The notes under the pieces are model-generated. The model worked only from the letters and a program-made list of their open reading frames with translations, was not told where the DNA came from and searched no databases. Positions 1 through 6,570 of a DNA stretch of 8,061 nt are shown piece after piece. The position numbers and the translations under genes were made by a program. The DNA is from Octopus sinensis (lineage: Eukaryota): contig NW_021828639.1 of NCBI RefSeq assembly GCF_006345805.1, positions 1 through 8,061 of the forward strand. Direction: 5' to 3'. Positions within the stretch are counted from its first letter, which is position 1, and each line of letters starts with the position of its first letter.

Positions 1-44
1 TTTAAAGGAAAGAAAAAGGTCAATAAATACTTGCCATTACATTT

Positions 45-355
45 TTAATCAACCAAATATAAACCATTTCGTTGCACAATGCGTCTCCTTCTTTCCTTTA
101 ACTTGAAAATACCCTCCTCCCAGAATTCAGATGGTTTCATGGCAAAGAATTCATCAAGGTATCTTTTTATATCATCCAAAGAATTGAAACTTTTACTATA
201 AAGACTATTCTGCAGAGACCTGAATAAGTGGAAATCCGAAGGAGCAATATCTAGTGAATATGGAAGGTGGGGCAACACATCCCAGCCGAGCTGCAGCAAT
301 TTTTGTCTAGTTCCCAAAGCACCAAGTGCCGAAAATGAACTTTCTTATCTTCCAT
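45..355 (-). pseudogene. Mariner transposase remnant: 15 N-terminal codons joined out of frame to ~90 C-terminal codons
   Basis: ATG at 355-353 reads MEDKKVHFRHLVLWE, continues in junk frame and stops after ...PTFHIH. The C-terminal frame (ORF track 45..317) keeps only the third catalytic Asp motif; the HTH domains, the first two catalytic Asp and the WVPHEL linker are absent. Confidence 0.9.
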
Positions 356-507
356 TTTAAAGGGTTACAGAATTAACACAGGTTATAGGAACATAAACCT
401 TCTTCCACGAAAAGATGGCTTAAACTGTGCTCTAAATGGAGGTGTAGTCAAATCCTGTTTTATGGGCTCAACCATGTTCTAAAATAAGTCGAAAAGTAAG
501 CTACTAT

Positions 508-537
508 AAATCGGCACGAACTTTTCGGACAACCCAA
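508..537 (-). repeat. Mariner terminal inverted repeat (5' TIR of element 1)
   Basis: 30-bp sequence of the TTGGGTTG..AAAAGT....CCGATTT mariner type, adjacent to TA and ~150 bp upstream of the transposase ATG. The partner TIR is not inside the window. Confidence 0.8.
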
Positions 538-639
538 TATATACCTATATACATACAGTCATAAAAACATACGTAAGTCAAAGCCATGCACATTCACACA
601 CGAAGTGGCCGCAAATATAAAGACTTAGGACGGTTACCG

Positions 640-762
640 TGGTTACCAATCCAAACATCTCGCTAATGCTATTATTAAACAGCAAAAGCAGAATCTCATA
701 TGTGTGGGTTCTCTCTGAATTCAATCAAGCAATATGCATAATTCTTTAACAAAATGTATCTA
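640..762 (+). mobile_element. Degraded LINE ORF2 N-terminus (start of APE endonuclease), piece 1 of 3
   Basis: Frame from 654 reads NISLMLLLNSKSRISYVWVLSEFNQAICIIL, followed by ttaacaaaatgtatcta, which is a frameshifted form of L-T-E-T-H-L. This resembles the N-terminal LLN...ICI.LTET.L motif of APE domains. It stops exactly at the SINE boundary, and the next APE motif appears at 1980. Confidence 0.6.
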
Positions 763-970
763 TTTACTCTTTTACTTATTTCAGTCATTTCACTGCGGCT
801 ATGCGGAAGCAGCGCCTTTAGTCGAGCAAATCGACCCCAGGAGTTTTTCTTTGTAAGCCTAGTACTTATTCTATCGGTCTCTTTTGCCGAACCGCTAAGT
901 TACGGGACGCAAACACACCACCATCTGTTGTCAAGCGATGTTGGGGGGGACAAACACACACATATACACA

Positions 971-1002
<32 letters not shown>

Positions 1003-1044
1003 CGATGGGCTTCTTTCAGTTTCCGTCTACCAAATCCACTCACA
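763..1044 (-). mobile_element. tRNA-derived SINE (family A), 5'-truncated copy lacking the Pol III head
   Basis: Colinear and highly similar to 5018-5360 (ctcttttactt.tttcagtcattt.actg.ggctatgc...gtaagcctagtactt...ctttcagtttccgtctaccaaatccactcaca). Contains an internal (AC)/(AT)14 microsatellite (950-1002). Similarity ends at 1044. Confidence 0.9.
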
Positions 1045-1048
1045 CAAA

Positions 1049-1954
1049 TAATGTGTTGAGGTTCCGAAAAGTAACCGGAAACGTTCTCTATGGAACAAGC
1101 TGGCTGTAGTTCGGGCTTCTGGCCCTAGAAGCCACTTCATGCGAACCTCAGGCATCAGTCTGCCGACCGGTGTCGTCGTGCGCAATAGTACTGCCACATG
1201 GTGCGTCTTCGTTTTGTAGTACTTCTCCCCAGTTCGTCGATTTTTTGCGATGGCTGAAACGAAGAAACAACATGCTTCCGTGAAATTCTGTTATTTGCTG
1301 GGGAAAACGGCGGCCAAAACAGTTGTCACGCTTCAAACAGCTTACAAGGACGCTGCGATGCGCAAAACACAAGATTACGAGTGGCTTCTACGCTTTAGGA
1401 ATGGTCACTTGTCGCCTGAAGACCAATCTTGTTCAGAACGATCGTCGACCTCCCCAACGAAGGACAACATCATGAAAATTCATGAACTGATCTTGGGAGA
1501 CCGTCACTGAGCTTGTTGATATGACTGACGTATCCTAGAGCTCCTGCCAAAGGATTTTGAGGGGGTGGGGTATTGCGAATGAAAAGAATTTTAGCAAAAT
1601 TTGTGCCTCGCTTGCTCACTGAAGATCAAAAGCAGTCATGACTGAAAGGGCGTCGTGAACTGAAAGAACAGTTGGAAGTTGAACCGGACCTCTTGCGAAG
1701 GTCATCACTGGTGACAAAAGCTGGTGCTACGGAATTTGCAGAGGTGGAAAGGGTGAAGAAAAAAACGAAGGAGGCGTTAAAAGGCATCACTTTGCAAGAG
1801 TTCCAGGACTGCTGCGAATAATGGAAAATGCATCTAGACTGATGCATTGCTTCAAATGAAGAATATATTGAAGGCGGTAAAAGTGTAAACATGTAAAACT
1901 AAGTGAATGAAACAATATTACAAATTTTCTGTTTCTTTTGGGTCCCTCCTAGTA
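1049..1954 (+). mobile_element. Internally deleted, degenerate mariner element (irritans/vertumnana-like, tentative)
   Basis: Imperfect TIRs: GAGGTTCCGAAAAGTAACCGGAAA (1058-1081) versus the reverse complement of 1925-1948 (GAGGGACCCAAAAGAAACAGAAAA), 18/24 identical. TA at 1049-1050 and 1953-1954, with the outer TIR bases degenerate and differing by 3 nt in spacing. Encloses transposase remnants. Confidence 0.9.
1250..1896 (+). pseudogene. Mariner transposase pseudogene with frameshifts, stops and a deletion of the catalytic core
   Basis: MAETKKQHASVKFCYLLGKTAAKTVVTLQTAY...EWLLRFRNG (HTH region, 1250-1510); FVPRLL linker (1600-1617); VITGDKSWCYG first-Asp motif (1701-1733); then an abrupt jump to FAEVERVKKKTKEALKGITLQEFQDC...YIEGGKSVNM* (1735-1896). 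The HDNA and YSPDLAP motifs are missing. Confidence 0.9.
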
Positions 1955-3035
1955 TATATATTATTATGTTGAGTTTTGTACAGACCGGCAAGAAAGAAGC
2001 CATGGGTGAGTTGCCATGTACATCTGAGTATATATCACACCCTTAATCCTGTTGTCGAATGCAAACTCGATCTGTGACATATCCATTTTGCGCATATAAA
2101 ACTACTTGATGTGGTAATAAGCACACTATATCAAAAAATCTGACTCCTGAAATCACGAAGGAAGATTTGAGGAAAGCCTTAAAATGATGAATGAAGTCCT
2201 AATGAAACTAGTTCTGGCAAATTCAACGTCCTCACCATTGAACGGTCGGAAAGCGACATAATCTCAGGAATGAGACACAAAGAAGAGAATCTAGTAAAGT
2301 CCCTACTTGATCTCAGGAAGAGCAGTTCTATATCTGCTCGGGAAAAGATTCTTAGACCTTCGCTTCAACAAATAACGTGGGTTTTATCCACAATGTGAAG
2401 GTGTCACCAACGACTGTCTCAGACCACAGCTTAATAGAATTAACAAAGTATGGTCCGAATCTGCTCGAAGACGGATACTACATACGATACACTCAAACAC
2501 ACTCCACGCTCGGACTTTCACAAGGCTGACTGGAAAACTATTCGGAAGATCTTCAAACAAAATTGGCCCAAAAGTCTCTCTACGCAAGACATTGACCTGA
2601 AATTCAATAAAGCAAGCCATATGCATTAAATTTGTCCCTGAAAGAAGATTAAAACATTATTTCCCAAGACAAGAGAGTCCTTAAGAGGCGAACTTAATAA
2701 CAGCGAGATGTCCCACCTTAGAAAAGCACTTTTAGAGATCAAAAATACATTCTGATTCTCACATAAAAATAAATAAAAGGGGAGAAGGGGAGACAAGGGG
2801 AGTTGAAAATGTAAAAACTACACTGAAGGCCTTCTACAAATTTGCAAAAGAATCTGCGCTCTGAGGCAACCATAACTGGGAGTAATAATTCAGGCGTCTG
2901 AGGGTGAATGTCTTTCAGAGAGTATGGTTTCCTTTTTCCGTGTTCTGACTGATCTCAGAATTCAACCAATCAGTCATCTGCAAACCGACACCAGATTACC
3001 TCAATGCAACAAATAGACATTAGCGTTAAGCGCGA
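1955..3035 (+). mobile_element. Degraded LINE ORF2 (APE endonuclease and post-endonuclease linker), CR1/L2 group, piece 2 of 3
   Basis: APE motifs in the expected order across frameshifts: TDRQERSHG*VAMYI (1980-2024; R.DR...GGGVA.Y), NSICD (2064-2078), GKFN (2216-2227; GDFN), NNVGFIHNVKVSPTTVSDHSLIEL (SDH at 2419-2427). Then DFHKADW (2513-2533) and VENVKTTLKAFYKFAKE (2802-2852; IK.NPK.FY..AK). The right boundary is approximate. Confidence 0.85.
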
Positions 3036-3039
3036 AAGA

Positions 3040-3270
3040 TCTGAGGCTCTACCCCTTGGGGAGAAGACGAAATATACATGCCATGATAGATCGCTAGCCG
3101 CTACACGTTCTTTATTTATCCCCTTGTTTCCTTCTGTGTCCCTTTCTGTGGAACAGCGTAGGCTCGAAACGTTAAAGACTTTTTCCCTTCCCGAGCGTTA
3201 TACTAATACATCTGTTTGTTGTCTACACCACCTGTCTTCGTGTGTGTGTGTTTTTTTGTGAATTCTCCCT
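3040..3270 (+). mobile_element. Penelope-like element terminal (pLTR) fragment or derived non-autonomous repeat
   Basis: Contains a hammerhead-type CTG..GA-A-stem-GAAACGT motif characteristic of Penelope pLTRs, followed by a pyrimidine/T-rich stretch ending in a (TA)n tract. It interrupts the LINE. The left boundary is uncertain and no GIY-YIG or RT coding is recognisable. Confidence 0.55.
3138..3179 (+). ncRNA. Degenerate minimal type I hammerhead ribozyme motif
   Basis: Helix I 5' strand GU(CC)CUUU (3138-3145); core CUGUGGA (3146-3152, versus CUGANGA); extra A (3153); helix II cAGC-GUAG-GCUc (3154-3165); GAAA (3166-3169); palindromic ACGU helix III; cleavage triplet GUU (3171-3173); helix I 3' strand AAAGAC (3174-3179). 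Confidence 0.65.
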
Positions 3271-3296
3271 ATATATATATATATATATATATATAT
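3270..3296. repeat. (TA)13 microsatellite at the Penelope-like/LINE junction
   Basis: Direct reading: 27 nt of alternating T/A. Confidence 0.98.
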
Positions 3297-3440
3297 GTGA
3301 TCCTGGAAGGTTTAGTACCCAACTTTGGGACTGAGAAACGTATCGGAGAGCTTTGAGGTGTAGATCTAGATATGTTCAAAGAAGAATTAAACAAATGTTT
3401 ATCCAATATACTAAATGAAACCACATCACGGCAAGAAACA
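3291..3440 (+). mobile_element. Degraded LINE ORF2 C-terminus, piece 3 of 3
   Basis: Reads IYVILEGLVPNFGTEKRIGEL*GVDLDMFKEELNKCLSNILNETTSRQET. This resembles the IY.WKILEGLVPN and L.GV.VD.FK..LD..L..IPDEP C-terminal motifs of CR1/L2-group ORF2, with an internal deletion between them. Same strand as pieces 1 and 2. Confidence 0.7.
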
Positions 3441-3441
3441 C

Positions 3442-3483
3442 CCAGCATGGTCACAATCTCCGACTGAAACCGATAATAGAATA
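3442..3483 (+). mobile_element. Isolated 3' tail of SINE family A
   Basis: ccagcatggtcacaatctccgactgaaaccgataatagaa aligns with the reverse complement of 5018-5060 (ccagcatagccacagtcaaatgactgaaacaagtaaaagag). Confidence 0.6.
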
Positions 3484-3625
3484 GATTACATCGACCTCAG
3501 TGTATGACTGGTACTTATTTGATCCATTCCAGAAAAATGAGAGGCAAAGTCGACCTCGTCGCTATTTCATCTCACAACATAAAGACTGACAAATCAACGC
3601 TAATGATTTCGTTCGGCGTGGCACT
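3484..3625 (-). mobile_element. tRNA-derived SINE (family B), diverged copy 1
   Basis: ttacatcgacctcagtg...ctggtacttattt...gaggcaaagtcgacctcg... is colinear with the adjacent copy at 3630-3800; the B box is degraded. Confidence 0.7.
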
Positions 3626-3629
3626 TATC

Positions 3630-3800
3630 AGTTACATAGACCCTAGTGCTCAATGGACTTATTTTATCAACCCCCTGCCCACGCTCCCAAAAAAGTGGAA
3701 GGATAAGTTAACCACGGTGAGATTTGAACTCAGAACGTTAAGTACTGGAATGTTGCAAGGCATCTTATTTGATTTTCTGAGAATTATAGCGATTCAGCGA
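3630..3800 (-). mobile_element. tRNA-derived SINE (family B), diverged copy 2
   Basis: ttacatagaccctagtgctcaatggacttattttatc aligns with copy 1. Minus-strand B box GTTCAAATC (3729-3721) fits GWTCRANNC. A ~20-nt insertion is present near 3676-3695. Confidence 0.65.
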
Positions 3801-3921
3801 CATCAGATGAGACGGGTTAGTTTTGTTTTTTATCTGTAAGTACAATACGATTGAATGCTTTAGGAGTTCGTTTTAAAACCATAAGATTCCGGGTAATGGT
3901 AGAGCTTTAGATGACATGTAA

Positions 3922-4068
3922 TATGTATGTATATGTACGTATGTATAAATGTGTATGTATGCGTATGCGTGTATGTGCGTGTGTATGTACATATTTGTAT
4001 GTTTTATGTATGTAGTCTCATGCACGTATGTTTGTGTGCATGTGCGTATACGTATGTATGTATATATG
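3922..4068. repeat. Degenerate compound (TG)/(TATG)/(TGCG) microsatellite
   Basis: Direct reading. Confidence 0.9.
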
Positions 4069-4270
4069 TGGCTCTTCTGTTTTTAATTTATTTAAATTCT
4101 TCCTTTGAAGAAGGAGCTAAGTTCCTAACAAAGATACAAAGGTCCGTTACTGGAATGTAGATAATGAAAACAACGTCACATTTTAAACCTGAGAAAAGTC
4201 TTGCAAACTTTTATTTATGCGCCTGTGCGAATCAGTTGGTTGATATCTTTTTCTGAAAATCCAAGTCTAC

Positions 4271-4271
<1 letters not shown>

Positions 4272-4301
<30 letters not shown>

Positions 4302-4367
4302 TGGATGGATGGATGGATGTATGTATGGATGGATGGATGTATGTATGTATGTATGTATGTATGTATG

Positions 4368-4398
<31 letters not shown>

Positions 4399-4764
4399 TG
4401 TATGTATGTATGTATGTATATGTATGTATGTATGTTGTATGTATGTATGTATGCATGTATGTATGTATGTATGTATGTATGTATGTATGCATGTATGTAT
4501 GTATGTATGTATGTATGTATGTATGCATGTATGTATGTATGTATATGTATGTATGTATGTATTAGTATGTATGTATGTATGCATGCATGTATGCATGCAT
4601 GCATGCATGTATGTATGTATGTATGTATGTATGTATGTATGTATGTATGTACGTATGCATGTATGTATGTATGTATGTATGTATGTATGTATGTATGTAT
4701 GTATGTATGTTTGTATGTATGCATGTATGTATGTATGTATGCATGCATGCATAAGCATGTATGT
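4272..4764. repeat. ~490-bp (TATG)n tetranucleotide array with GATG and CATG variant blocks
   Basis: Direct reading; it is the source of all the MYVC/HTYI ORFs in the track. Confidence 0.98.
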
Positions 4765-5008
4765 AAAGATAAAATTAAGCAGCAATGAGCATGCAAAAAA
4801 GTCAGAACTGTCTATGAGAAATTTTAGGTTCCATAAAGCTTGCACTTTGATCCAGAAACAAGCCAAGGCAAAGATATCCTGTGCCAATATGAGTTGCACA
4901 CACAGGAATGTGGGAGCGCCATGATTTCACGCGCAAGCAAAACGATCGCCAAAATGCTCATTGCCATTCCCTGCGTATCCTGTTTTATATCAGAGTCACC
5001 TTCTAGAT

Positions 5009-5233
5009 TAGGTGCTGCTCTTTTACTTGTTTCAGTCATTTGACTGTGGCTATGCTGGAGCACCGCCTTTTAGTCGAGGAAGACCGCAGTACTTATTCTT
5101 TGTAAGCCTAGTACTTTTTCTATCGGTCTCTTTCGCCGAAATGCTAAGCTACGGGGACGTAAACAACCACCATCGTCGGTTGTCAAGCGATGGTGGGGGA
5201 CCAACACAGATACTCAAACACACAACACACACA

Positions 5234-5290
<57 letters not shown>

Positions 5291-5814
5291 AATACATACA
5301 CACACACACACACACATATACGACGGACTTCGTTCAGTTTCCGTCTACCAAATCCACTCACAAGGCTTTGGTCGGCCCGAGGCTATAGTAGAAGACACTT
5401 GTCCAAAGTGCCACGCAGTGGGACTGAACCCGGAACCATGTGGTTGGTAAGCAAGGTACTTGCCACACAGCCACTTCTACGCCTCAATCATTTTTCTTTT
5501 TTCTTTTTTGTTTCTTTATCTATAGACCTGTTTGATCATTATTCTATTCTGGTGGATTCCCATAGCCATTCGACTAGTTTTATAGAATCTTCTTTCAATA
5601 TCCCTATTTCGTTTTTCACACATTAACTTGTTTAGGCCGAACTATGTAAAACGTTAGACAAAGAAACCAATCTGTCTCTTGCAATAAATACAACTAGACT
5701 AAATTTTTTCCAGGGTCCCTTAAAAATACTACTGTGGATTCCCAATTTACTATTTAGTAACGTGGATCCCAAGAATTTTATATGGACACTCAGGGACCAT
5801 ACGAACCCCACCTG
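5009..5814. mobile_element. hAT/Charlie-like MITE (~340 bp; 5009-5020 plus 5482-5814), split by a SINE in its left TIR
   Basis: Removing the SINE restores TAGGTGCTGCTCAATC, similar to Charlie-type CAG(T/G)GGTTCTCAAC ends. It is preceded by TTCTAGAT (5001-5008), the nTCTAGAn Charlie/Buster target consensus. The right end CACCTG (5809-5814) is complementary to the left end at 5/6 positions. Internal repeats GTGGATTCCCA occur at 5552-5562 and 5734-5744 and GTGGATCCCA at 5762-5771. No right TSD is found. Confidence 0.6.
5018..5484 (-). mobile_element. Full-length tRNA-derived SINE (family A)
   Basis: Minus-strand head AGGCGTAGAAGTGGCTGTGTGG... with A box TGGCTGTGTGG (5473-5463) and B box GGTTCAGTCCC (5430-5420). 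Then a body, an internal (AC)/(TA)25 microsatellite (about 5215-5320) and a 3' tail ...GACTGAAACAAGTAAAAGAG. Homologous to 763-1044. Confidence 0.92.
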
Positions 5815-6104
5815 CGGACGTGTATGTCAATCTGGGGCTGGAGCTCAATAGTCACCAGCGGATCTACGAGTGTAAGGTGTAATTTAGCATGAGTGCATAG
5901 TGTTCTGGGTGGTCAGTGAAGTTTTTCCTTGGTCAAGAGTGGACAGCCTTCATCTATGTATGCATGTCTTCATGTGGGGGGAAGATCGATCAGCCGCATT
6001 ATATAGATTCGATTCTATCGCTTGTGTTCAGTACAAAAGCAGTGATAGGGAGTATATAGCTTACAATACCGTCAAATCGGGTATGATCGACCACTACATG
6101 AAAC

Positions 6105-6386
6105 TGTGTATATGTGTGTGTGTATGTGCGTGTGTGTGCGTGTATAACTTCTCACACACAGAGACATATGTGTGTGTGTATACACACACATATATATATA
6201 TATGGAGAGAGAGAGAGAAGAGAGAGCGGGAGAGATGAGACATACGAAAAGCTGTATAAGAGTACATATATATGCATTATATATATATATATATATATTA
6301 TATATTATACATCACCACACATATATATATATATATATATACACATATATATATATATATACACATATATATACATACATACATAC

Positions 6387-6420
<34 letters not shown>

Positions 6421-6495
6421 CCACACATACATACATACATACACATATAAATATATGTATATATGCGCACCTATACACGCACACATACACACACA
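6105..6495. repeat. Compound (TG)/(TA)/(GA)/(TACA) microsatellite block
   Basis: Direct reading. Confidence 0.95.
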
Positions 6496-6551
6496 AGCTC
6501 CTTGGTGCTTCTCAATGAATCGTGACATTTCATTTGGTACATTAAAACCTA

Positions 6552-6570
6552 CCGCCACTAGATGGCGTTA
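6552..6570 (+). promoter_or_regulatory. Candidate CTCF-type binding site
   Basis: CCACTAGATGGCGT (6555-6568) matches the CTCF core CCASYAGRKGGCRS at 13/14 positions and is followed by TA. It lies in non-repetitive sequence. Motif match only. Confidence 0.5.

Larger units (their letters stand above)
1..539 (-). mobile_element. Internally deleted Tc1/mariner (DD34D, mellifera-like) element; 3' TIR probably lies just beyond the window start
   Basis: 5' TIR on the minus strand TTGGGTTGTCCGAAAAGTTCGTGCCGATTT (537-508), flanked by TA (538-539). A transposase start MEDKKVHFRHLVLWE (355-311) is fused to a transposase C-terminus GTRQKLLQLGWDVLPHLPYSLDIAPSDFHLFRSLQNSL...YLVD* (317-45). YSLDIAPSD matches the mariner YSPDLAPSD motif. 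The subfamily call is from motif resemblance only. Confidence 0.92.

Noticed and set aside
45-317. ORF as a functional transposase or SETMAR-like host gene
   Set aside because: It starts at a TTG inside a deletion junction, lacks two catalytic residues and has no SET domain or splice context.
754-1059. Paralogous-looking ORFs 754..1059 and 5012..5626 with hydrophobic 'FFVSLVL.LSVSFAE.LSYG' segments
   Set aside because: They are the antisense reading of two copies of the same SINE, so the similarity is repeat homology and not a membrane-protein family.
1114-1133. Hairpin GGCTTCT-GGCCCT-AGAAGCC
   Set aside because: A 7-bp stem in the mariner 5' UTR; no poly-U tract or ribozyme core, so it is not a terminator or ncRNA.
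3855-3895. Degenerate plus-strand SINE family A head (aaccataagattccgggt)
   Set aside because: Resembles aaccacatggttccgggt but is too short and diverged, with no B box or body.
4097-4145. Possible second hammerhead (UUGAAGA-A-GGAGC UAA GUUCC)
   Set aside because: The core-like box and helix II are suggestive, but the GAAA box reads TAAC, no NUH site fits helix I, and competing hairpins (TTCTTC/GAAGAA, TCCTT/AAGGA) explain the symmetry. Worth revisiting only if the segment proves to be a repeat.
5415-5484. tRNA gene
   Set aside because: A and B boxes are present, but there is no convincing cloverleaf and the sequence continues into a SINE body shared with 763-1044.
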